From NCBI GenBank assembly GCA_910577815.1, contig CAJTNO010000006.1:15446-79445 (forward strand): 64,000 nucleotides of DNA. Reading direction: 5' to 3'. Each line of letters starts with the position of its first letter. The first letter of the stretch is position 1. The notes under the pieces were generated by a model, which was given only the letters and a program-made list of their open reading frames with translations, had not been told where the DNA came from and searched no databases. Position numbers and translations under genes: made by a program. Shown one piece after another: positions 8,332-16,956 of this stretch. The DNA comes from an uncultured Christensenella sp. GTDB taxonomy: Bacteria > Bacillota > Clostridia > Christensenellales > CAG-917.

Positions 8332-8639
8332 ATTGCTTTTTCCACCTCCGTCAAAATCCTTTCGCGCGTGCGCTTCTCCTTAGCCGCCTCCAAATCGCCG
8401 TTGTGCTTATCCATTTCCTTTACAAGGCGGTCCGCATACTCGAGTCGCGTGCTTCTTACAAGCTCCAGCGTACGCGCGTCAAGTCTGTCGAAGGGTGCCG
8501 CGAGCTGCAGCACCCCGTTTGCGTGTATTTCAAACCTGTTAAGCTTAAGATTGCGGTATAATCGGTAGCGCGAGTCTATCTCCCGCAATCTGTGCGCTAT
8601 ATCAAACAAATCCTCCCGGATTTCTCTGAGCCAGTCCAT
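8328..8639 (-). CDS. Hypothetical phage head-completion protein (103 aa from ATG 8639)
   Basis: Track ORF 8328..8723 overlaps the capsid gene by 77 nt. The internal start MDWLREIRED at 8639 lies just after the capsid stop. Confidence 0.4.
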   Translation of the reverse strand: MDWLREIREDLFDIAHRLREIDSRYRLYRNLKLNRFEIHANGVLQLAAPFDRLDARTLELVRSTRLEYADRLVKEMDKHNGDLEAAKEKRTRERILTEVEKAI

Positions 8640-8646
8640 ATCGGAT

Positions 8647-9849
8647 TTACTCGACGTCCGCGGCGGCTTCGGTCGCGGTTTTACCCGTAAAAGTGAGCTT
8701 GGCTTGGGCCATCGGACGTTCACATAACATATCCGCGTACTTCACTAAGGTCGCGCTGTAGCAAGCCTTGCCCGGCACCTGATGAAGCACGCTTCCGCTC
8801 TCGCCCTCGAGCCAGCGCCAGTCGCAAAGCTGATGGAGCTTGAAGTCCGCGCTGTTAAGCAGATACATATCTCCGTCCGCAACAAATCTGTCCGCGACGA
8901 AGGGAATTCCCGAATAGGACAACGCCTTATAACCGCCGTCCAGAGTGAGGTAATCCACGTTGGTACGCGTCTGAGAGAGATGCTCTACGTACTGTTTTCT
9001 TACATTATATGAAGCTACGATAAAGTCGACAGCTCCGCCGGACGTTCCCTCTATGGAGTCGATTGCGTCCTGTATTGCGGTTACCGTAACCTTGCCGTCC
9101 ACCGTGTTGGTGTAAGGAGTAAGGAAGGAATAATCCTTTCTCTTAAGACCGTAAATGGTTTCGCTCTGTCCGAAAATTGCCTCGAGTCCCGTAATTTCGT
9201 TGTTTTTCGAACCCTGTACGTAAAGCTTGCAGCCTGCTTCTATCTTCGCGCCCGCGCTGAGGCTGAGCGTTACAATCCTGGACGCCCTGTCAATGGTGAG
9301 AATGCGCGCGCCGGATACCGTCGCGTCCTTTGTGCCGTCCGCCTTATAAACGTCAACGGTCATACCCTCCATAAGAGCCTTGATGCTATCGACCGTAATC
9401 TGATTGTTTGCGTTGCCCGAATTGGCTACCGTGGTGGCAATCAGACCGGAGCCGTCGCCGTAAAGCATACGTCCGAAATTGAATTTACTCGCCTTAAGCA
9501 AGCCGTCCATTTCGGCGTTAAGGAGATTTACAAATGCTCCCGCGCTGTTCTGAGAGGCGCGTATAGCCTTGTCGCTGAGTTCGATTTTTCCGAAAAGGTT
9601 TTTAAGAGTGAGCGTAAATTGCGCATAGTTGTTGCTTCCGCTTGCGGGAAGATTGTCGCATTCCTCGCCAGAGCCTATTCCGCCGTTAATTCCGTAGGGA
9701 GCAAGCTTTTTGACCTCCTTGCCCCAGACGTCCGCGGAGGTCTGTCCAATTTTAGCCAGCAGAGGGTTTACGCCCACGTTGAGCTGGTCGGCGAGTACGC
9801 CGAGATAAAAGGTTTTTAAAGCCTTATCTGCATTAGAAAGTGTTACCAT
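8647..9849 (-). CDS. Major capsid protein
   Basis: 400 aa, immediately downstream of the scaffold gene, in the usual portal-scaffold-capsid order. Confidence 0.7.
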   Translation of the reverse strand: MVTLSNADKALKTFYLGVLADQLNVGVNPLLAKIGQTSADVWGKEVKKLAPYGINGGIGSGEECDNLPASGSNNYAQFTLTLKNLFGKIELSDKAIRASQNSAGAFVNLLNAEMDGLLKASKFNFGRMLYGDGSGLIATTVANSGNANNQITVDSIKALMEGMTVDVYKADGTKDATVSGARILTIDRASRIVTLSLSAGAKIEAGCKLYVQGSKNNEITGLEAIFGQSETIYGLKRKDYSFLTPYTNTVDGKVTVTAIQDAIDSIEGTSGGAVDFIVASYNVRKQYVEHLSQTRTNVDYLTLDGGYKALSYSGIPFVADRFVADGDMYLLNSADFKLHQLCDWRWLEGESGSVLHQVPGKACYSATLVKYADMLCERPMAQAKLTFTGKTATEAAADVE

Positions 9850-9863
9850 AAATTTTCTCCTGT

Positions 9864-10553
9864 TTATTTATTGTTTTTCAAGAACATAAAGCCGGCTTCT
9901 TCTATGGTTTTCGGCTTGACCTTGGGCGCGACGCACTGCATACCGCCGCCTCGGAGGGTATAGGGAGGCACTCCCTTACGCACCCCGTCGAGATAGCTTT
10001 CGATTATTGCGTTCCGCACCTCCTCGGAGCTGAAAACATAGTCGTTTAAAAATTGTCCGTCGGATATCAGCTGCTCGGGAGTACGGAATTTATCCGTAAG
10101 CACCTTAAGAAGCGCGACGTTGAGACAGTTTTCGTCCTCTCGAAGCTCCGGATTGTTGAGCAGCTCGTTTGCTATATCCTTCGCAAACGCTTTGGCGGCG
10201 GGAATCTCGTTAAAGAATTTATCCACCGCAAGCTTGAAATCGCCCTCGTCCTTTAAGGAACGCTTTCCGCTCTCAAGCTCCTTGAGCCTTTGCGAGCGGC
10301 GCGTAAATTCCTTTTCGAGCTCTCCGTACGCGCGCAGCAATTCCTGCGGGTTTTTAAATTTGCCTATTTTCTGTTCGTTGATATCGTTATCGGCGTGCTG
10401 CGGCGCGTTATCTCCGCCGCCTTCGCCGTTATTTGTGTTTTCTACGTCGACTTCTCCGCTTGCGCCGTCCGTCGTCTGTGCTTCCCCGCACTCGAGGCAA
10501 GCCTTTATTTTATCGTTTTCATTCTGCTTGGCATCATCAAATATTTTCGCCAT
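9864..10553 (-). CDS. Scaffolding protein
   Basis: 229 aa with an acidic, Gly-rich N-terminus and a helical charged core (ELLRAYGELEKEFTRRSQRLKELE). It lies between portal and capsid. Confidence 0.6.
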   Translation of the reverse strand: MAKIFDDAKQNENDKIKACLECGEAQTTDGASGEVDVENTNNGEGGGDNAPQHADNDINEQKIGKFKNPQELLRAYGELEKEFTRRSQRLKELESGKRSLKDEGDFKLAVDKFFNEIPAAKAFAKDIANELLNNPELREDENCLNVALLKVLTDKFRTPEQLISDGQFLNDYVFSSEEVRNAIIESYLDGVRKGVPPYTLRGGGMQCVAPKVKPKTIEEAGFMFLKNNK

Positions 10554-12423
10554 CCGTATTTTCCTCCGCTAATTTCCTTTCGAGCTCGTTTACTCCGCCG
10601 TTAAGTCCCGCAAGCTGAGTATGCAGCGCAATATGATTTGCAACTCTGTCGCGAAGCTCCTTATTCTTTACGCACCTTGCGGACACGCACATTTTGATAT
10701 GCTCGCCTATATGCAGGGTGTGGTTGTCATAAACGTCGGGTATAATGTCCTCGCGCGAGAAATCCATATTCTCCTTAAGCGCCTTCTTGCGATGAACCTC
10801 ATCCGAGCTTCTGCCCGCCTCCCAGTTGCCGAAGCCGAGTATCTCAAACAGCTTGGTCTTTGTTGCTTCGGGCATCTTTCCGTCGTTGTCGGTGAACAGT
10901 CCCAACCTCAACAGGTCGTACACCATAGCGCGGCGCGCGGACAGCGTGTCGTCTATATCGCTTATCGTATCGAATACGATGTCCTCGCTGTCGATGTTCT
11001 TTGCCGAGAACGAGGCAAGCTCCACCTCTCCGTTTTCGCCCGTAATGCGCTTGACGCGCGGAATCTTTGCGTACTGCCTGTAAAGCCTCAGTATCTGCTT
11101 GCTTATTCTCTTTACGCTTTCGCGCAGGCTGTCGGCTGTCAGCGATATACGCGTATCGTCCTGCTCGAGCAACAGAGAAATTGCGGTTCCCGACGCTACG
11201 TTGGACGGCACCTGCGAATAGGTAGTCACCTCGCTTACGCCGCTTATCATTACAAACTCGTTAAGCAGCTTTTCCTCCTCTCTTGAAAACTCGGAGGGTA
11301 CCTGAGTGGGATTAAGCATAATCGGCGGAGTTCCGCCCTGTCTGTACACAACAATTTTTCCGGGAGGCAAGCCCTCCTCCTCGAGCGCGTCGGTATCCAC
11401 CGAGCCGTCCTCCACTGCGAGAACGCCCACGGCAATTCTGTTCATATATTCGTGTTTTCTGTTCTTTACGGTGTTATAAGCGCGCTGTACGGGGATGATA
11501 CGCTCCACCACGCAGGAGCCGAAGAAGTTGGACAGATTGTCTATACAGGTCTGCCTTGCAAACGGATATTCGCGCGAGCCGTCCTCGCCGTTGAGATACG
11601 GAAGCTCCCCGAGATGCAACAAAGTATCTCCCGCAACGATGATTAGTCTGCCGTTCGGATAATCGGGAGTAGGTTTTTCATACTTCTCTATAACGGTAAC
11701 GCTGTTCTCCCTCTTTTCGCTTACTATCTTAGGCAGCGCCGCGGAGTAGCCGAAGCCGCCCGCTACCTGAACGCTGTCAAAGGAAAACACGTTCACCTCG
11801 CCGCCTTTGACGTCCTTATTCCAAAGCCTCTTTACTTCGTCGACGGTAAGCACCTTTGCGTGCATAATGGACGTCTGCTTTTCAAGGTCGGTAATCGCAA
11901 TATCCTCCGGGAAAATCTCAAACGGCGGACAAAGCGTTATATTTACGTCGCCCTCCTTAACCAGCCCCTCGGAATCAAGCAGCTTGCCCTTGTCCGCGTC
12001 CCAGGTAATTTTAAAGAAGGCGCTGCCCGTTATCTCGCTCCAGGTATTTGCCATAGACAGCTGAGAGGAAAAATCGTTTTCCTTACAAACCGCGTCTATC
12101 AGCTTAGTGGCAAGCGACGCGGAAGCTACGTCATCATCGTCGGACGTCGCGGGGCGCACCGTTCCCATCGCCTTCACGCGCGACAGCTTTGCAAGGCGCG
12201 TTTCCAGTATGGGAGCGATGTGGTTATAAACCTCCCTCTGCTGCCAGTAGAACTGTTTGCCTCCGTCAACGATATCGCCCTTCGGCGAAATTTCCGCAAA
12301 CTGATTGCCCATTACGAAATTCATATTCAGCCTCCAGTTCAGCTCTACGGGGCGCCGCGCTTCCTGCCGCTTTTTAAAGTCGGCTGTAACCTGCGACACA
12401 AGTTGCTTTTCAAATTCAGTCAT
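10537..12423 (-). CDS. Portal protein
   Basis: 628 aa, positioned between TerL and the scaffold gene; typical portal size. Confidence 0.7.
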   Translation of the reverse strand: MTEFEKQLVSQVTADFKKRQEARRPVELNWRLNMNFVMGNQFAEISPKGDIVDGGKQFYWQQREVYNHIAPILETRLAKLSRVKAMGTVRPATSDDDDVASASLATKLIDAVCKENDFSSQLSMANTWSEITGSAFFKITWDADKGKLLDSEGLVKEGDVNITLCPPFEIFPEDIAITDLEKQTSIMHAKVLTVDEVKRLWNKDVKGGEVNVFSFDSVQVAGGFGYSAALPKIVSEKRENSVTVIEKYEKPTPDYPNGRLIIVAGDTLLHLGELPYLNGEDGSREYPFARQTCIDNLSNFFGSCVVERIIPVQRAYNTVKNRKHEYMNRIAVGVLAVEDGSVDTDALEEEGLPPGKIVVYRQGGTPPIMLNPTQVPSEFSREEEKLLNEFVMISGVSEVTTYSQVPSNVASGTAISLLLEQDDTRISLTADSLRESVKRISKQILRLYRQYAKIPRVKRITGENGEVELASFSAKNIDSEDIVFDTISDIDDTLSARRAMVYDLLRLGLFTDNDGKMPEATKTKLFEILGFGNWEAGRSSDEVHRKKALKENMDFSREDIIPDVYDNHTLHIGEHIKMCVSARCVKNKELRDRVANHIALHTQLAGLNGGVNELERKLAEENTDGENI

Positions 12424-12541
12424 TTTACACTCCTTTGCTTATATAGGACGGCATCGCTTACGCGCAGCCGTCCGATTTTTAACTTAAATAAGGTAAATTT
12501 TAAATACGCGCCTTATCCTATTTGCGTTTCAATTTAAATTT

Positions 12542-12841
12542 TTACAAGTTTAGATTATCGTTTTTAAGTACGGGAGCTTTATATTCGTCTCTAAGCGCCG
12601 CAAGCAGTCTGTCCCTTTCTCTTTCAAGCTCCTCGTCTGTAAAATCCTCCGCCTTTCTCTCTCCGTTCAGTTCGATATAGGCTTTAAGCGCTCCGCTGTC
12701 GGGAGGACAGTACTTTTCGGTTACCTTGCGCTTGGTGAGCGCTATTTCTCCGTCCTCCTTTACGGAGTATTCCTCCTGCACCTCTTTATACGAATAACCC
12801 TTAGCCTTCTTCAGCAATCCGCTCAACAATTCTTTATCCAT
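12542..12841 (-). CDS. Hypothetical protein (weak resemblance to the C-terminal segment of a small terminase)
   Basis: 99 aa, overlapping the TerL stop by 19 nt. The stretch KRKVTEKYCPPDSGALKAYIELNG recalls the PPD segment of some TerS proteins. The evidence is weak. Confidence 0.3.
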   Translation of the reverse strand: MDKELLSGLLKKAKGYSYKEVQEEYSVKEDGEIALTKRKVTEKYCPPDSGALKAYIELNGERKAEDFTDEELERERDRLLAALRDEYKAPVLKNDNLNL

Positions 12842-14262
12842 CTCTCATTCCTTCTCACACTGCGGATAAGCCTCTCCTTATCCGTCTGAATTTCGGACTT
12901 GGGCGGCAACGGAACAGGCGCGGGCTTTGGCTGAGTCATAACAAAGTATCTCAGCTCATCCAGCGCGTGGTCGTCCGTTTTCTTAGGTCTGTCGCCCTTG
13001 CCCCACCAATAGGACTTTATTTCCCTTATCAGATTAACGCAATTTGAAAATATATAAATTCTCGGAGGTCTTTGCTCAAACAAGGACTTTATCCGCTGTA
13101 TTCCGCTATACAAATCCTTGTTTACGTCGGTATTGACCAATATACCCTTTTCACAGAACAGCTCCGCCACGCTCTTTTCCGCGGCTAAGGTACGCTGATT
13201 TGCCGCGCTGTCAATTAGCGCGTGCAGTCTGCCCTTAGCATCCCTGTGCCAGCCGAGCCTGTCCGCAATTTCAAATATCTTGCGCACGTGATAATCCACG
13301 TTCTGTCCCGCCTCGAAGTGTTCGTCTATTACGTAAATCACCCCGTCGTAATCAACCGCATAAAAGTGACAGCTTGTCGGATTTGCAAGTCCCGGGTCTA
13401 TGGATATATTCGCATACCACTCCTTCGGCACGTCAAAGGGTTTTATCAAATGGACGTTTTGATCAAATTCGGGATATACCAAGCCCTCGCCGCTTGAGAA
13501 TTTTCCAAACCGTCTTGACAGCTGCTCGCTTTTCGGAATAACCGTTTCCATCGCCTTGACCTCGTTTTTATCGAGATACGGGTTATCCTTCCACTCCATA
13601 TATTCGCACCACACCTCGGGGTCGTCGTTACAGTTCAATTCTATTTCGTCGTACACCCAGGTAAGCCCCTTAAGCGGAGTCATCGTTCCGAAAATATCTC
13701 CGCAGCGGTCGAATACGCGCATACGGCACTCGTCATAAATGTCCTTAGGCGGCTCCTCGTCAAACCATACGAAGTCCAACGATACGCCCTGAAACTTTTC
13801 CCGCCCCTGGTCGCAGGACTTAAAGCCTATTCTGCTAAGTCCTCCAAACGCGTTCTTAACGATAATGTAATCGATAATTCCGTACTCGGGAGAGGTTTGC
13901 TTTCCCTCTCGCATCACCACGTCCGAAATGTATCTCGGCGAGAGGTATTTGAGTATTTTGGCTTGAGCCACGTCTCTCTGCACCTGCTGAGACAGACTGA
14001 CTACCCATCCCGAAACGCCGTTTTTGTTTTCGCGAAACGGATGTATTCCTCTTGCAAGCCACACGCTTTCCACCGCTCCGCACTCGGTTTTACCGGAGCG
14101 GTTGCCCCCGAATACCCAGCGGTTGCGCCTGTCGCATTTATGAAACGCCATCTGCTTTTGATGCACCGAGCGAGTATTGTAGTTAGCAAGCGCGTCGCAT
14201 TTGCGGTTTTCTATTTCGCGTTCGATTTTCAGGAGTCTTAAAAGCGTATCGTTGTCCTTCAT
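12823..14262 (-). CDS. terL: Terminase large subunit
   Basis: Walker A GGNRSGKTECG, a Walker B-like FVWFDEEP, and a long C-terminal nuclease-sized domain. The track ORF starts at TTG 14298; ATG 14262 is more likely. Confidence 0.8.
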   Translation of the reverse strand: MKDNDTLLRLLKIEREIENRKCDALANYNTRSVHQKQMAFHKCDRRNRWVFGGNRSGKTECGAVESVWLARGIHPFRENKNGVSGWVVSLSQQVQRDVAQAKILKYLSPRYISDVVMREGKQTSPEYGIIDYIIVKNAFGGLSRIGFKSCDQGREKFQGVSLDFVWFDEEPPKDIYDECRMRVFDRCGDIFGTMTPLKGLTWVYDEIELNCNDDPEVWCEYMEWKDNPYLDKNEVKAMETVIPKSEQLSRRFGKFSSGEGLVYPEFDQNVHLIKPFDVPKEWYANISIDPGLANPTSCHFYAVDYDGVIYVIDEHFEAGQNVDYHVRKIFEIADRLGWHRDAKGRLHALIDSAANQRTLAAEKSVAELFCEKGILVNTDVNKDLYSGIQRIKSLFEQRPPRIYIFSNCVNLIREIKSYWWGKGDRPKKTDDHALDELRYFVMTQPKPAPVPLPPKSEIQTDKERLIRSVRRNERWIKNC

Positions 14263-14398
14263 AGCCCGAGAATAAGCCCGTAGAATACCAAAAAACAAAA
14301 ATTTATGCCAATAAAATAACAGGAATTACAAAAAATAACGCGGAAAATGGCTTGAAAGACTTTTAATTTGTCAAGTATTATAGTATTATTATTCTACT

Positions 14399-15331
14399 AT
14401 GAAAAAATCTGTTATAAAATTTTCATCAGTGATATTTGTTTGCTTCCTGATTCTGGCGGCAGGCTCTATGATATTTATTCCAAGCGAAATAGCTACGGCG
14501 GACAGCACCGTAGAGGTCATAGAAGCCGCAGTAAGCAATTTGGAAAGCAACGCAACCGCAGGCAAATCGGCTCTTAAAATAGTTTCTCCTACAAACGATA
14601 AGGCAATCTATATTCCCGAAAGCTACTTTTTACAATACGAAGGCATATACGCGGGCGACATACACAAGGTAACTTACGCAGGCGAAACCTTTTATTATCA
14701 GGGCGAGCCTACTCTGAAACAAATTACGGTAGCCGACGACGAGCTGCTTTCTCCCGACGTAACGCTGAAGTTAAAGGAGGGAGCTGACGTTAAAATTGGC
14801 ATCTTTCAATTAACCGACGAATACACGATTAAATTTTTAGGGTTTAACGAAACGGGTACCGAGATATATGTATCCGCCATTCGCGACGGCAACTCCCCTA
14901 TTCTTAACTTTATACCTGCCGACTGTGTAGAGACATTTACAATCCCCTATCAACGCAAGGCGCAGATTGCCCGCGACGAATTGCTTGCATCAAAAGAAGA
15001 CCCGCCTGTAATTGACGGCGGAAATTTTACTTCAAATACCTCGGTTGGTCTCAGAATAGTAATTATTATAGGAATAGCAATCCCTGCAATACTGATAGTG
15101 ATACTGCTTTTCAAGCCGTCCAAAAACGAGCGCAGATACTCCAAAAATTCTGTGCGCAGCGGACGCGGCAGAGATGATTTCGACTATGACGATTCCCGTT
15201 CCTACAGGCGCAGAGAGCGCGACGAAAGGGACGAGCGCGATTATGACAGACGGGATGACAGAGATTATCGAAGCGACCGTCGCGACGACCGCGACTATGA
15301 CAGGCGGTATGATGACCGTGATTACAGATAA
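14399..15331 (+). CDS. Membrane-anchored exported protein with an Arg/Asp-rich cytoplasmic tail
   Basis: N-terminal signal/TM segment (VIFVCFLILAAGSMIF) and a single TM (LRIVIIIGIAIPAILIVILLF). The tail reads …RRRERDERDERDYDRRDDRDYRSDRRDDRDYDRRYDDRDYR. Confidence 0.6.
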   Translation: MKKSVIKFSSVIFVCFLILAAGSMIFIPSEIATADSTVEVIEAAVSNLESNATAGKSALKIVSPTNDKAIYIPESYFLQYEGIYAGDIHKVTYAGETFYYQGEPTLKQITVADDELLSPDVTLKLKEGADVKIGIFQLTDEYTIKFLGFNETGTEIYVSAIRDGNSPILNFIPADCVETFTIPYQRKAQIARDELLASKEDPPVIDGGNFTSNTSVGLRIVIIIGIAIPAILIVILLFKPSKNERRYSKNSVRSGRGRDDFDYDDSRSYRRRERDERDERDYDRRDDRDYRSDRRDDRDYDRRYDDRDYR

Positions 15332-15353
15332 AGTCTAAACATAAAACAAGCGA

Positions 15354-15376
15354 AAACGCCTACAATGTAGGCGTTT
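15354..15376. terminator. Bidirectional intrinsic terminator
   Basis: AAACGCCTAC-AAT-GTAGGCGTTT with flanking A- and T-runs, between convergent genes. Confidence 0.7.
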
Positions 15377-15421
15377 TTAATTACAAAATCAAACTAAAAA
15401 ACGCCATCAAATTTTAGTTTG

Positions 15422-16003
15422 CTATTTCCAAAGCTGCAATATATCTGCGCTTCTATCTTCAACTCCATATTCACTCAATATTTCGGCTATGTCATAAATT
15501 CCCGTATGAGAAGAATTAATCGAAAAAATTATATTGTTAAAATTATCAAAGGCCACAAAACTTCTATATACGCCCACTCCGAAAGTGTGTTCAAAATAGC
15601 ATATTTCATCATAACGGAAATGCTTTGTTTTTCTAAAAAGACTAAATACGTATATGCCATTGTAATCTGCAATTACGCAGTTAAAACGCAATACAGCATA
15701 AGTTAACAAACCTATTAGTAAAAATAACATAGTAATTACGGACGTTATAATTACCTTTATAAACATTATACTATCATTTTCTTTTATGCACAAATAAGTT
15801 ATGACTGCAATACCGCAGCAAATCACTAAAAATGCAAAACAAAGTAATAAAACAGAAATTATTTTGGGAGGACGGGTTTTTATTGTTTCTGTTGAAGAAA
15901 GCTTCTTTTCTTCAAATATTTTAATAAGTCCCACAACTAAAAGAATAACAGGTACAAATGTAATAATCAGTATTGAGGTCAATATAGTTTCCCAAAATTC
16001 CAT
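15422..16003 (-). CDS. Hypothetical multi-pass membrane protein (AT-rich gene)
   Basis: 193 aa with about four hydrophobic segments and a small C-terminal soluble domain. It is visibly more AT-rich than its neighbours. Confidence 0.5.
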   Translation of the reverse strand: MEFWETILTSILIITFVPVILLVVGLIKIFEEKKLSSTETIKTRPPKIISVLLLCFAFLVICCGIAVITYLCIKENDSIMFIKVIITSVITMLFLLIGLLTYAVLRFNCVIADYNGIYVFSLFRKTKHFRYDEICYFEHTFGVGVYRSFVAFDNFNNIIFSINSSHTGIYDIAEILSEYGVEDRSADILQLWK

Positions 16004-16044
16004 AAAACACCCCCCTATTTATGATAAAAATATTCCAACATACA

Positions 16045-16443
16045 TCATTCAGATTTATTGTCGTTATTATGCTTTTCCGTCTTATCCTCTACGATTTCTG
16101 TTTTCTGTTCCAATTTATCAACGGGTTTTACGTCTGAAATTCCCACTACGTTATCAACCGGCATTGCAATAGCTATTCCCTGTCCCGGAGTATTCAAACC
16201 TACTTCTTTATAAAGAGCGTGCAAAACGTCGTCACGCAAAGCAGTAGGCACTACAATCATAACCATTTCCTTTTGCGGCTGTATGTCTATTCTGAAAAGC
16301 TGCTCCGCTTCCTTATTGGCAGTGCCTCTCGCGCTCACAACAGTTCCGCCCCTCGCTCCCACTTCGCGCGCGGTGTCCATAACAAGGTCCGAAAACCCTT
16401 CGTTTACTATACAGATTATAAGCTGATGTTCAAAAGTTTTCAT
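16045..16443 (-). CDS. P-II family signal-transduction-like protein
   Basis: 132 aa with a GlnB-like beta-alpha-beta pattern (LIICIVNEGFSDLVMDTAREVGARGGTVVSARG…). It overlaps the upstream gene by 4 nt. Confidence 0.6.
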   Translation of the reverse strand: MKTFEHQLIICIVNEGFSDLVMDTAREVGARGGTVVSARGTANKEAEQLFRIDIQPQKEMVMIVVPTALRDDVLHALYKEVGLNTPGQGIAIAMPVDNVVGISDVKPVDKLEQKTEIVEDKTEKHNNDNKSE

Positions 16444-16955
16444 TGCTTGTCCTCCTTGACGGTTTTGTCGTTGTTGCTTAAAAAGCCGTAGATGGCAACG
16501 CCTATTACGCTTGTAAGCGGAACGGTGTACGCTACGCCTCCGCCGTCCTTGATAGTTTGAAATTTAGTTTCAAGCGCGGCAAGAGCGTCGGGTATTTTAT
16601 CCTCTCTTATGATGCTGAAAATAGCTGTTTTAGGCGAATCCTCAAGACCGAGCAGAGCAAGCGTCTGAGCGCGCGCCGTGCCTCTCGCGCGGCAGGCGAG
16701 CTGCATATTCACCTCAAAGCCCTGTAGCAAATCCTGATAGAAATCCGCTTTTTTTCTGTTGACTATGGTAATAAGCAATTCCAGCTTACCGGTATGCACC
16801 TTACTGTTGGCGCTTTTTTCCGAGCGCTTAACAACTCCCTTGACCGAGGTTGCCACTCTGCGCTTTTCCGCCTTTATAGAGGTGCGGACGGCTGTTTTTT
16901 TAGCTATAGCCTTTTCCTTTAAGTTGTCGGATACATCAGACTTAACCATATCCAC
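16440..16955 (-). CDS. P-II-like protein with a Lys-rich N-terminal extension
   Basis: 171 aa with a P-II-like C-terminal half (LELLITIVNRKKADFYQDLL…ARGTARA…). It lies immediately downstream of the DUF1538 gene. Confidence 0.5.
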   Translation of the reverse strand: MDMVKSDVSDNLKEKAIAKKTAVRTSIKAEKRRVATSVKGVVKRSEKSANSKVHTGKLELLITIVNRKKADFYQDLLQGFEVNMQLACRARGTARAQTLALLGLEDSPKTAIFSIIREDKIPDALAALETKFQTIKDGGGVAYTVPLTSVIGVAIYGFLSNNDKTVKEDKQ

Positions 16956-16956
16956 C

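Larger units (their letters stand above)
1..14298. mobile_element. Phage-derived region (prophage or phage-like element). It has a + strand rolling-circle replication module and a - strand P22-like head/neck morphogenesis module. The left end lies outside the window and the right end is approximate.
   Basis: Contiguous phage-type genes. The - strand carries TerL, portal, scaffold, major capsid and neck/tail-hub-sized ORFs. The + strand carries ori plus Rep, a P-loop ATPase and small ORFs. The convergent modules meet at a bidirectional terminator (5126..5148). The first ORF is open to position 1. No integrase or att site is seen in the window. Confidence 0.7.

Noticed and set aside
8640-8723. 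N-terminal 28 codons of track ORF 8328..8723
   Set aside because: This segment overlaps the 3' end of the capsid gene by 77 nt in another frame and encodes a Pro/Lys/Arg-rich junk-like peptide. The ATG at 8639, just after the capsid stop, is the more plausible start.
15181-15331. Repetitive DNA at the 3' end of the 310-aa gene, considered as a possible CRISPR array or tandem repeat
   Set aside because: The periodicity is at the codon level (RD/DRDY low-complexity coding). It is imperfect, it lies inside an ORF, and it has no repeat-spacer structure. I found no CRISPR array anywhere in the window.
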